Source: Deltaproteobacteria bacterium (GTDB taxonomy: Bacteria; Myxococcota; Kuafuiibacteriia; Kuafuiibacteriales; Kuafuiibacteriaceae). From it: a DNA stretch of 64,000 bases. Below, piece by piece: positions 47,163-56,021 of this stretch (the first letter of the stretch is position 1; each line of letters starts with the position of its first letter). Under the pieces are notes generated by a model that was not told the origin of the DNA, searched no databases, and saw only the letters and a program-made list of their open reading frames with translations. The position numbers were made by a program, and so were the translations under genes. Where the stretch lies: NCBI GenBank assembly GCA_040218735.1, contig JAVJQW010000017.1:1-64000 (forward strand). Reading direction: 5' to 3'.

Positions 47163-50100
47163 TCAGGGGACGCAGCGGTCGATCCACGTGAGTGGCGTGC
47201 TGGAGGTGGTGGTGCTCTCCAACTCCATGACCATCACGACCTCGGTCGCGTCGAGGAGGTCGGCGTGGTCGACTGGGTTGAACAGGAACTCGAACTCGTT
47301 GAAGGGCGACAGGCCGATGACGTTCGTTCGCGGGGCGCCCTGCGGCGTGTAGAGCGCTGCATTCACCACGGCCAAGGGGTTGTCAAAGTTGGTGTAGACG
47401 TACGGCGCTTCGAATGAGAGCCACTGCGCGTTGTCCATCGTGTAGGTGACCGGCCCCCGTTCGCTCGCGAACGTCTGCGTGAAGCCGGCGTAGCCGATCA
47501 GCTTCGTCTGCAACCTATCGAGCGAATGGACGTCCGCGTTCTCCCCGTCTCCTTGTCGAATGACCGCGAGTCCGAGATGTCGAAGGACGGGGAGCTCCTC
47601 GTAACAGGACAGCGTCGCCGTACCGCCGAGCTCGTAGATGTCGCGCGGCGAAACCGAGATGATCGCCTCCGCGCTCTGCTCGATACTCGTCCACAGCGCC
47701 GCCGCGCGCGCCCGATCCACCCGACGGTGCTCCGTCAGCACGCCGGCGCCGAAGTCACCGGGTTCGAAGGCGGTGAAGCCACCCAAGTCGATCGTGTCGT
47801 CTCCGTCGGGGCGCGGGAACGAGAGCGCGACGAGCCGACGAGCCGTTTCGGTGTCGCGATTACGGAGGTCGACGTGCGCGAGCTCATCGCCGATCTTTCG
47901 AGCGAGCGCGACCATGTTGGACGTAACATCACGCATGGGCGCGTTCGGCGACATGTCCAGCAGCGCCAGCACGTCGGGATCGGCGGCGAGCGCGGCAAGG
48001 ACTTCGTGGTACCAGAGGTCCAACACGGGGAGCACGAAGGTCCGCATGTCGTCACCGAGGCGACTCGCAGTGGCGAACACGTAGTCCGCGTCGAGGTTCC
48101 GCAGTCCCCACGTCGGGACGAGCTGCAGGAGGACGTCCGCGGACTGCGCGTGCTGGAGCTCCGCGAGCAGCGCGTTGTGCTCGCGAATCAGGAGCTCGAT
48201 CTCACGATCGATCGAGGCGATACGCACGGCACGCTCGAGGCGGACGAGCTCACGGGAGAGGAAGGCTTCGTACATCGTCCGCAGCGGCGTCGGGTACTCG
48301 GACACGTCGAGCACCGGCCCTCCCACGCCGATGGATTGAATGGCGTAGAGGTTGGCGTCGTTGCGAATGGACGTCAGCTCCGACGGGAGCACTTCCCCTC
48401 GACGAACGAGCTCCGTCTCCCGATCTCGCACGTACTCGAGGACCGCGCTGATCCGGCCGAGGAGCTGTTCGGAGACCGTCTCGGCGCTCTGCAGCACGGC
48501 GGCCCGCACGGTGATTCGGTTCGTGCTGTCCGCCACGCGGCAGCGCCAATCATTCACGACGAAGTACAGGTCGGCGTCGTCGCCGACCGTAATGGTGGTG
48601 TGCGGCGATCGAAGCACGTGAATGTCGCGAACGTCGGAGAGCAACGTCGCTCCGCGTGGCATCTCTACGATGACCAGGCTCCCGACCGGAGCGCTCGAGA
48701 TCGGCATGACGGAGAGGAACAGACCGCTCTCGAAGGAAGCTGCGGTTCGACTCTCGAAGCCAGCGCTATCCGTATGACTCCTCGACTCGGTGATGCTGTT
48801 GTCATTGTAGACGCAGGCCTTCGCCGAGACCCCGAACCAGGCGGTGTCGTTCCCGATGCAGATCTCTCCTCGGAGGCCGATGGTCGCAGACATGGAACGC
48901 GACCTCGCCGCGGTCCCCGCGAGGTAGCGGCTGCCGGTCCACGCGACGGAGTAGCCCTCCGGTCCGACCAGCACACCGTGGCTGTCGACGCTCATCGGGA
49001 GGTAGGTGTCCGGTCTCAGCAAGCGGCGGCGGTTCAGCTCACAAGCGGCCGCGTAGCGCCCCTCGGTCCCGACCGAGAGCACCTGGCCCCGCTCGATGGG
49101 GACCATCGGCCCCGTGCGGAGGGTCGCAATCGAGGTTGCGCCGAGGTCGAGCTCCGAGGCGGAGGCACCGCTGACGTCGAAGGGTGCCAACGACGTGACG
49201 TTGAAGAACTGCCCGCCGTCGTACACCCCCGACGTTCGCTCGAACTGCGAGACGAGCTCGGAGTACGTATCGAGCTCCGCAACGGCTCGTTTGTGCCGCG
49301 TGCTTCGTTCGATGAGGAGATCGATGTCGTCGGCAATGCGACGCCGTCGATCGTCGAGCCGCGCGAGGGTTGCTTCGTTCTGCAGCTCGGCGAGGATGCC
49401 GTGGACGATGCCGACGAGATCGCGGTCGTACGTGGAGAGGCGACCTTCGAGCTCCGCGCGCTTGCTCGCGATGTGGCTCACGATGTCGTCACGTTTGGCG
49501 GCTTCGGCGCTCGTGACGAGCGAGCGATCCGATGCGGTCTCGAAGTAACCGCGGGCCCGGTAGCTCGCAGTTCGCTGGCGCGCCAGGCCCACGCTCTGGA
49601 AGTACCGATGCACCGACACCGGGAGCTGGGTGGAGTCGAGCGCGTCGAACTGGGAGGGGTCGTAACCCGCGAAGACGTCGGAGATCGCACGGACGTTCCA
49701 GGTGTGGGCCGGTCGCACGGCCGCAAACGCCTCGGTCCAGCCGTCGAGATCCACGGAGACCTCCGCGATCTCGCGAGCGAGGAGATCGTCGTGCGTCATC
49801 GCGCCGACCAGTGCCCACGTAGCGGAGACGGGCGTCTCGAGATCGTTCGTGCGGCACTGCGCGAAGCCACACGCAATGTCGTGTCCATGGCCGAGGGTGT
49901 CGAGGCGATCCGTGAGCGCGCCCAGGATCTCGCCGCTGATGGCGAGCAGCGGCCGACCGCGGGCCGAGGGTACGCCGTTGTCGCGCACGGACGTGTGAGC
50001 GGCGATGAACACGTCGCGGTCGATGTCGAGACTCGCCGCGACGTTCCCCTCCAGAGCGCTCGCGAAGACGTCGATGTCCACGTTCTCGCGCTCGACGTTC

Positions 50101-51425
50101 TGCAACCGCTCCTCGAGGGGGCGGTTGGACTCTACCGTCGAAGCCGCGAGGAGCGCGGCCAAGATGTCACCGTTGAGCGATCGGGCCTGTGCGATCTCTC
50201 GCCAGAAGGAGGTCATCACGCGCTCGAGGTGTGCGTCCAACTCGGGGTCGGCTTCGATGACCGAGAGGTCCTCGAACCACATCGACAGCAGGTCGAGCGC
50301 CGTCGCGACCCGGTGAACCCGGGTCTCGGGATCCGCCGTCCGCTGAAGCGAGTCGCCCATGTGACCGAGGATCTTCTCGAGGAGCGTGTCGTTGAGCGCG
50401 AGCGCTTCCTCCACCTCGCTCTCCAGCGTGCACTCCGAGCGGGCGTGAGCGAGCCTCGTCAGGAGATTCGTGCACCGGCCGTACGCGTGACCGTAGTGCG
50501 CATCGAGCAGGCCACCCGAGACGTGCTCTCCCGTCAGGCGAGCACAGAAATCGAAGCGCCAGTGGTGTTGTTCCATCGGCGCGCACGAGGGCTCGAGCGT
50601 CGAGCGCGGGCCGCAGTCGGGGCGGTTCTCGGGGCGGCCCTCGTACAGGCCAAGCGCGGCGGACCGCTGGCTCGACGTGAAGGCCTCGCCCTTCACCTCG
50701 TAGAGGAGCTTCAGGTTCCGCTCGAGCTTCAACACCGTGGCGCCTTCCTCGCGCAGCGCGATCCGATGTCCGTCGATCATGCAGCCGGCTTTCGCTCGCA
50801 CCTCCTCGTCGGTGTCGACGGGGAGCTGGTCGCAGCTGAGACACGTGAGCTCGGTGTCGGGTGGCAGCTCCCCATAGTCCGTAGCCGGGAGCGGAGTGAA
50901 GGGCGGACGGCGCGCGGCGCGGACCTCCGCTTCGGTCATGCCGAGGTAGCGGTAGGTCACCTCCGTGTCGGTGGAACGGCGGAAGCCCTGGTGGACCGTG
51001 CACCTCCGCTGGACGGAGTCCTCCGTGGATCCGCGGTACCAGCCGGTGCAGTTGAGGTGATGTCGCGTGAAGATCGCTGCGTCACCCGCGGCGACGAGGT
51101 CGTTGCGGAGGCCCTCGACGAGTTGATCGACGGCGTCCTGGACGTCGGCCTCATCCGATGGCAAGCAACCGAACTCTTCCCAGCACCACCCGGTCAGCTC
51201 CATCTGCGTTTCGCGGTCCGCGACCTCCTCCGGCGAAGCCCAGTCTTCGTAGCGCCATGCGGTCGAACACGCCTGCGACGGCAACACACGATCCGGATCG
51301 CAGGTCTCGTACTCGACGATGACTTCCGTCGCGGCTTCGTGCGTTGGCGGATCGACCTCGCCTTGGCATGCAAGGGAGATTGCGCCCACGATGAAGACGG
51401 AGATCGTCAGCTTGAATTCGCTCAT
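47163..51425 (-). CDS. Large (~1420 aa) lipoprotein with coiled coils; possible TcA-like partner of the Rhs protein
   Basis: Lipobox SLAC at residue 20 from ATG 51425; Cys-rich N-terminal region; two heptad-rich segments; C-terminal GLSPFNEF...ATEVVMVMELE; 15 nt upstream of the Rhs ATG with a GAGGAG RBS between. Confidence 0.8.
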   Translation of the reverse strand: MSEFKLTISVFIVGAISLACQGEVDPPTHEAATEVIVEYETCDPDRVLPSQACSTAWRYEDWASPEEVADRETQMELTGWCWEEFGCLPSDEADVQDAVDQLVEGLRNDLVAAGDAAIFTRHHLNCTGWYRGSTEDSVQRRCTVHQGFRRSTDTEVTYRYLGMTEAEVRAARRPPFTPLPATDYGELPPDTELTCLSCDQLPVDTDEEVRAKAGCMIDGHRIALREEGATVLKLERNLKLLYEVKGEAFTSSQRSAALGLYEGRPENRPDCGPRSTLEPSCAPMEQHHWRFDFCARLTGEHVSGGLLDAHYGHAYGRCTNLLTRLAHARSECTLESEVEEALALNDTLLEKILGHMGDSLQRTADPETRVHRVATALDLLSMWFEDLSVIEADPELDAHLERVMTSFWREIAQARSLNGDILAALLAASTVESNRPLEERLQNVERENVDIDVFASALEGNVAASLDIDRDVFIAAHTSVRDNGVPSARGRPLLAISGEILGALTDRLDTLGHGHDIACGFAQCRTNDLETPVSATWALVGAMTHDDLLAREIAEVSVDLDGWTEAFAAVRPAHTWNVRAISDVFAGYDPSQFDALDSTQLPVSVHRYFQSVGLARQRTASYRARGYFETASDRSLVTSAEAAKRDDIVSHIASKRAELEGRLSTYDRDLVGIVHGILAELQNEATLARLDDRRRRIADDIDLLIERSTRHKRAVAELDTYSELVSQFERTSGVYDGGQFFNVTSLAPFDVSGASASELDLGATSIATLRTGPMVPIERGQVLSVGTEGRYAAACELNRRRLLRPDTYLPMSVDSHGVLVGPEGYSVAWTGSRYLAGTAARSRSMSATIGLRGEICIGNDTAWFGVSAKACVYNDNSITESRSHTDSAGFESRTAASFESGLFLSVMPISSAPVGSLVIVEMPRGATLLSDVRDIHVLRSPHTTITVGDDADLYFVVNDWRCRVADSTNRITVRAAVLQSAETVSEQLLGRISAVLEYVRDRETELVRRGEVLPSELTSIRNDANLYAIQSIGVGGPVLDVSEYPTPLRTMYEAFLSRELVRLERAVRIASIDREIELLIREHNALLAELQHAQSADVLLQLVPTWGLRNLDADYVFATASRLGDDMRTFVLPVLDLWYHEVLAALAADPDVLALLDMSPNAPMRDVTSNMVALARKIGDELAHVDLRNRDTETARRLVALSFPRPDGDDTIDLGGFTAFEPGDFGAGVLTEHRRVDRARAAALWTSIEQSAEAIISVSPRDIYELGGTATLSCYEELPVLRHLGLAVIRQGDGENADVHSLDRLQTKLIGYAGFTQTFASERGPVTYTMDNAQWLSFEAPYVYTNFDNPLAVVNAALYTPQGAPRTNVIGLSPFNEFEFLFNPVDHADLLDATEVVMVMELESTTTSSTPLTWIDRCVP

Positions 51426-51658
51426 GTCGACGTACGAGTGCACGGGCCGGACCAACCATCATTCGAAGGGTGCACGGCGCTGAGACGACGACGTTCGTTT
51501 CACTGGAACGGTGGAGTCGCGTCGCTCCGACGCGCACGAACAGGCAGCTAGGAGCGCACGCGAGCGCGATCGGTGTTTTGTGACAACGACCCGAGCCTGC
51601 GTCACACCGGCGGATGGGCCGCACGCGACGAGTCAGCCGCAAGCTACGTTGACAGCAA

Positions 51659-52159
51659 TCACTCCCAGAACGGGGAGTCGGCGCCGATCAGGCGCAGCGG
51701 ATACCGCCCCACCCGGCTCTTCGCGTGCGGCGCCTCGAGCGTCACGATCACCGTGACCTCGTCGGGCGCCTCCTCGCTCATGCGGAACGTGTAGCCGAGC
51801 GAGTCTTTGAAGGCGGGCGCCGTGACCTGCTCCTCGTAGAGGACGGAGACGTCGCCGCCCGTGTCGAGCTCGATGCGGAGCCAGCGCGGGCCGGTGCCCT
51901 CGGAGGTGAACTGGAACGCGAGGTCCTGGGGCCGGGGGAGTGAGACGCGGCGGTCGGCGGGGAGCTTCTTCGGCCCGTCCGGCGTCTGGCCGTAGACCTC
52001 GACCGTGCCGATGTCACCGGTCGCCGCCGGGACGGGCGGGCGGGCCACGAAGACGCCCAGGCCCACCAGCGCCGCGACGGCCAGCGCCGCGAAGACCCCC
52101 CAGGCAACCGCGCCCCGCACGCCCCTGGGTCTCGGATAACTGTTGTTGTTTTGCAACAC
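51659..52159 (-). CDS. Hypothetical membrane-anchored protein
   Basis: N-terminal TM helix then a beta domain; true start probably a downstream GTG near 52120. Confidence 0.7.
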   Translation of the reverse strand: MLQNNNSYPRPRGVRGAVAWGVFAALAVAALVGLGVFVARPPVPAATGDIGTVEVYGQTPDGPKKLPADRRVSLPRPQDLAFQFTSEGTGPRWLRIELDTGGDVSVLYEEQVTAPAFKDSLGYTFRMSEEAPDEVTVIVTLEAPHAKSRVGRYPLRLIGADSPFWE

Positions 52160-52241
52160 TCCGACAGCGATGCCCCGGTCACGCGGGTCTGGGTCGTGGG
52201 GCTGTCTCGTAAACTACTGAAATCACGTCTACGAAGGGAAG

Positions 52242-52287
52242 CGCCGGGGCGGTCCGACGTTTGCTCTTCGTCAGACCGGCCCCGGCG
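52242..52287 (-). terminator. Strong hairpin followed by TTCCCTTC on the minus strand
   Basis: CGCCGGGG-CGGTC-GACG pairs with CGTC-GACCG-CCCCGGCG. Confidence 0.55.
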
Positions 52288-52412
52288 TCTCGTACTCCAG
52301 CTCTTATTCGCGCTCTCTCTGTAGTTCTTGCTCTTGCGCCTGTGATGACTCTCTACGGGGCCTTTTCATTCCCTCTCCCCTCTAAAAACGCATAGAAACC
52401 ACGTCGCCCCCC

Positions 52413-54248
52413 ATGTGTGGCTTCGTCGCGCTGTTCCTTCCCGGCCGTCGACCGGTCGATCCACGCGTCCTCGACGCGATGACCGACGCGATGCGCCATC
52501 GCGGCCCGGACGGCCGCGGGGTGCACGCCGGTCCCGGCTTCGGCCTCGGGCACCGCCGCCTCGCCATCATCGACCTCGACGGCGGCGCGCAGCCTCTCCT
52601 CGGCGCCGACGACCGCGTGGCTGTCACGTTCAACGGCGAGATCTACAACTACCGCGCGCTCCGCGACGCGCTCGACGGCCCCTGGCGCACCCACTCCGAC
52701 ACCGAGGTCTTCCTGAGGACCTACGAAACCCACGGCGTCGCCGGGCTCGACCGGCTCGTCGGGATGTGGGGCGCGGCGATCTGGGACGGTCGACACGAGC
52801 GCCTCGTCGTCAGCCGCGACCGCCTCGGCATCAAGCCGGTCTACTACGTCGCCCTCCCCGGCGGCGGCTTCGCGTTCGCTTCCGAAATCCGCGCCCTCCT
52901 CGCCCACCCGGACGTCCGCGCCGAGCTCGACCCGAGCGCGCTCGACGAGCTGCTCACCTACCGCTACGTCCCCGCGCCGCAGACGATCTTCGCCGGCATC
53001 AAGAAGCTCCTCCCCGGGCACTACGCGATCGCCGACGCCAACGGGCTCGAGATCACCCGCTACTGGAACGTGCTCCCCGCGCCGCGTCCGCTCTCGGACG
53101 ATGAAGCCGAGGAGCGCTTCCTCGAAGCCTTCGACCAGTCCGTCGCCTCCCGCATGGTCGCGGACGTCCCCGTCGGCATCTTCCTCTCCGGCGGGATCGA
53201 CTCCAGCGCCGTCCTCGAAGCGATGCACCGGCGCGACGTCGCCGCGTTCACGATCGGCTTCGAGGACAACGAAGAAGACGACGAGATCGTCTACGCGAAG
53301 GAGACCGCAGCGATGTACGGCGCGCAGCACTACGCGCTGACGATCGGCCCGTCCGACTACGCCGCCTACTTCGATCGCTACGTCGAAGCCCTCGAGGAGC
53401 CGGTCCTGAACGACTCCGCGATGGCCACGAACTTCCTGTCCGGGCTCGCGCGCCAACACGTGAAGGTCGTGCTCTCCGGCCAGGGCGCCGACGAACCGCT
53501 CGCGGGGTACGACCGCTTCAAGGGCGAGCTGTTGTCCCCGCTGTTCGCCCGCGTCCCCGGCGTGGGCCACGCCGCGCCGCTCGTGGAGCGTTCGTCCGCG
53601 AGTGAGAAGGTGAAGCGTGCGTTCCGCTCCCTCACCGAGCCGGACGACGTCGCGCGCGCGCTCCGCATCTACGCGGTGTTCCAGGAGGAGGAGAAGGAAG
53701 GCCTGCTCCGCTCGCCGCGCGCCGCCGACGTCGCGTCTCCGATCCGCCGCTGGCACGCCGACGTCGGCCACCTCTCCCCCCTCGGCCGAATGCTCTACAC
53801 CGACACGCGCATGTGGCTCGTCGACGACCTGTTGATGGTCGCCGACAAACTCTCGATGGCACACGGCCTCGAGCTGCGCGTGCCGTTCCTCGACCACCGC
53901 CTCGTCGAGCTCCTCGAGACGATGCCCGACGACCAGAAGATCCGCGTGACGCGGCGGGGCATCGAGACCAAACGCGTCCACCGGCGCGCCATGGCCCGGC
54001 GGCTCCCGGACGCCATCGTGAACCGCAAGAAACGCGGCTTCACGAACCCCATGGACCGCTGGCTGCGCACCGCTCTGGCCGGGCTGGTCGAGGCGCGGCT
54101 CCTCAGCGGCGATACCCCCCTGACGGGCTGGCTCGATCCGGCCGGTATCGAGCGAATCTGGGCCGCCCACCGCGCCGGGCAGGACCGCCGGCGGCAGCTG
54201 TTCCTCCTCCTGACCCTGGACGCCTGGGCGCGGCGTTACTTGGACTGA
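52413..54248 (+). CDS. asnB: Asparagine synthase (glutamine-hydrolysing) family amidotransferase, probably glycan-modifying
   Basis: MCG start, HRGPD, HRRLAIID, FNGEIYN, SRDRLGIKP, LSGGIDSS, SGQGADE, ELRVPFLD. Confidence 0.95.
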   Translation: MCGFVALFLPGRRPVDPRVLDAMTDAMRHRGPDGRGVHAGPGFGLGHRRLAIIDLDGGAQPLLGADDRVAVTFNGEIYNYRALRDALDGPWRTHSDTEVFLRTYETHGVAGLDRLVGMWGAAIWDGRHERLVVSRDRLGIKPVYYVALPGGGFAFASEIRALLAHPDVRAELDPSALDELLTYRYVPAPQTIFAGIKKLLPGHYAIADANGLEITRYWNVLPAPRPLSDDEAEERFLEAFDQSVASRMVADVPVGIFLSGGIDSSAVLEAMHRRDVAAFTIGFEDNEEDDEIVYAKETAAMYGAQHYALTIGPSDYAAYFDRYVEALEEPVLNDSAMATNFLSGLARQHVKVVLSGQGADEPLAGYDRFKGELLSPLFARVPGVGHAAPLVERSSASEKVKRAFRSLTEPDDVARALRIYAVFQEEEKEGLLRSPRAADVASPIRRWHADVGHLSPLGRMLYTDTRMWLVDDLLMVADKLSMAHGLELRVPFLDHRLVELLETMPDDQKIRVTRRGIETKRVHRRAMARRLPDAIVNRKKRGFTNPMDRWLRTALAGLVEARLLSGDTPLTGWLDPAGIERIWAAHRAGQDRRRQLFLLLTLDAWARRYLD

Positions 54249-54278
54249 TCGGGTCGGGCCCGATATTCTCGGGATCCT

Positions 54279-56018
54279 TTGTCCTGGGTCGCTCGTCTCG
54301 GCGCCGCGTTCGCCGCGCTCACGTTGCTCCTCCCCGGCGCTGCGCTGGCGCAGGGGGACGGACCGTACCGCGGTCTGAAGATCGCCATCCCCGAGGCGCG
54401 CGGGCGCGCGTCGTGGGGGCGCGCCGCGCTGTCGAAGTCGCTGCGACGCACGATGGTCGAAGCCGTCGGTCCGCTGGTGTCGTCGCGTGATCTCCGGCGC
54501 GCGCAGCGACAGCTCAAGCAGAACCGCAAACAGCGGCGTTCGCCCAAGGGGCTCGCCGCCGCCGGGAAGAAGGTCGGCGCGAAGTACGTGCTCGACGTGC
54601 AGATCACGAAGAAGAAGTGGCTGTACACGGCGCGCGCGCTGCTGATCGACACCGCGACCGGCAAGGTCGAGATGGACTTCCGCTCCGGCTACTACAAGCC
54701 ACGCAAGGAAGCCGGGGACCGCGGCGAGCGCATCGGCGCCCGCACGATTCAGAAGTTCGAAGAGCTCGGCGTGCGCGTCGGCGGCGGCGGCGCGGTCGCG
54801 TCGACCGGCGGCAACGCGAGCGGAACGGGCTCGAGCGGAATGGGCGCGACCGGGAGCGCGACGAGCGGCTCGGGCACCGCGACGAGCGGGGGCGGCGCGG
54901 TCGCCACGAACGCGACCGACGACGACGACGATCTGCGGCTCGACGACGACGACGACCTCGACAGCACGGCGACCGGGGGCGGCGCCGTCGCGACGAACGA
55001 CTCGGGCTCGATGAACGACTCCGGGTCCATGAACGACTCCGGCTCGATGAACGACAGCGGGTCCATGAACGACTCGGGCTCGATGAACGACTCCGGGTCC
55101 ATGAACGGCGGCGGCGCGACGAACGACGCGAGCGCGGCGAACACGACGACGACGATGAACGACACCTCCTCGGGCGGCTCGAGCACCGCGTCTTCCGGCG
55201 GGTCGTCCTCGGGCGCCTTCGCGAGCGGCGGCAGCGCCACGACGACCGGCACCACGCTCGAGCCCGAGCCGGAGCCGAACGACGACGCCGAGATCATCCG
55301 CGTCACGTTCGGCGCGGGCGCGGGGCTCCTGCGCACTTACGACATCGAGTTCTCGTCGGGCCCCGCACCGAGCCTGTCGCACCAGCTGGCCCCGCTCTCG
55401 CTCTTCGACCTTCGCACCGAGTTCATCGCGCCGGTCGTGCCCGTGTCCCTGAACCTCGACGTCGCGTTCCGGCCCATCCGCTACAACGTCGGCATCGCGG
55501 ACGAGGAGGACGTCAAACCCGCCGGGACGATGCTCGACGCGATCGTCTTCGCCGGCTACCACGTCGGCCTCGCGGGGGAAGGCAAACAAACCTACAAGCT
55601 CATCCCGAAGGTCGGAGCGCGCCTCGGCCTCTCGAACGTCGGCGACCACCAGCCGACCGTCATCCTCTCCAGCAACACAATTGCGGTCCTCGGTGGCCTT
55701 GGGCTGCGGCTCCCGTTCAACGAAGTGCTGGAGGTCTCCTTCGGCGTCGATGGCGGCCTGATCGTCGGCTACAGCGAGAGCCCCGCGCGCTCCGGCGGGG
55801 GCGGCAGCGGCATCACGATCGGCGGCGACCTCAACGTGCGCCTCTGGCTGTCCGACGCCATCGCGGTCGCGATCGACAACCGGTTCACGTTCGAGAGCAT
55901 CGGCTTCGACGGCACGCCGGACCGCCAGCTACCGGAGAGCGAACCCGGGGACGTCCAGGACGCTTCGATCACGACCCAGGATCTGCGCACGTCCGCGGGG
56001 GTCGCCGTGCGGTTCTAG
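54279..56018 (+). CDS. Outer-membrane beta-barrel protein with basic N-domain and long Ser/Gly/Thr/Asp/Asn linker
   Basis: Signal peptide (ALA|Q); low-complexity linker; amphipathic strands ending AGVAVRF (terminal Phe). Confidence 0.8.
   Translation: MSWVARLGAAFAALTLLLPGAALAQGDGPYRGLKIAIPEARGRASWGRAALSKSLRRTMVEAVGPLVSSRDLRRAQRQLKQNRKQRRSPKGLAAAGKKVGAKYVLDVQITKKKWLYTARALLIDTATGKVEMDFRSGYYKPRKEAGDRGERIGARTIQKFEELGVRVGGGGAVASTGGNASGTGSSGMGATGSATSGSGTATSGGGAVATNATDDDDDLRLDDDDDLDSTATGGGAVATNDSGSMNDSGSMNDSGSMNDSGSMNDSGSMNDSGSMNGGGATNDASAANTTTTMNDTSSGGSSTASSGGSSSGAFASGGSATTTGTTLEPEPEPNDDAEIIRVTFGAGAGLLRTYDIEFSSGPAPSLSHQLAPLSLFDLRTEFIAPVVPVSLNLDVAFRPIRYNVGIADEEDVKPAGTMLDAIVFAGYHVGLAGEGKQTYKLIPKVGARLGLSNVGDHQPTVILSSNTIAVLGGLGLRLPFNEVLEVSFGVDGGLIVGYSESPARSGGGGSGITIGGDLNVRLWLSDAIAVAIDNRFTFESIGFDGTPDRQLPESEPGDVQDASITTQDLRTSAGVAVRF
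54996..55103 (+). repeat. Six tandem 18-bp repeats encoding NDSGSM
   Basis: AACGAC(TCG/TCC/AGC)GG(C/G)TC(G/C)ATG x6 with synonymous variation only. Confidence 0.95.
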
Positions 56019-56021
56019 GCG

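Noticed and set aside
47526-51551. 1341-aa plus-strand ORF
   Set aside because: Antisense shadow; the minus frame has the lipobox, normal composition and operon coupling.
40100-51660. att sites or target duplications flanking the toxin module
   Set aside because: Only a weak GACGAG..GCCGC resemblance at the two ends; no integrase or tRNA.
54996-55103. Possible CRISPR array (also 16930-17331)
   Set aside because: Repeats are in-frame and contiguous with no unique spacers, and no cas genes are present.
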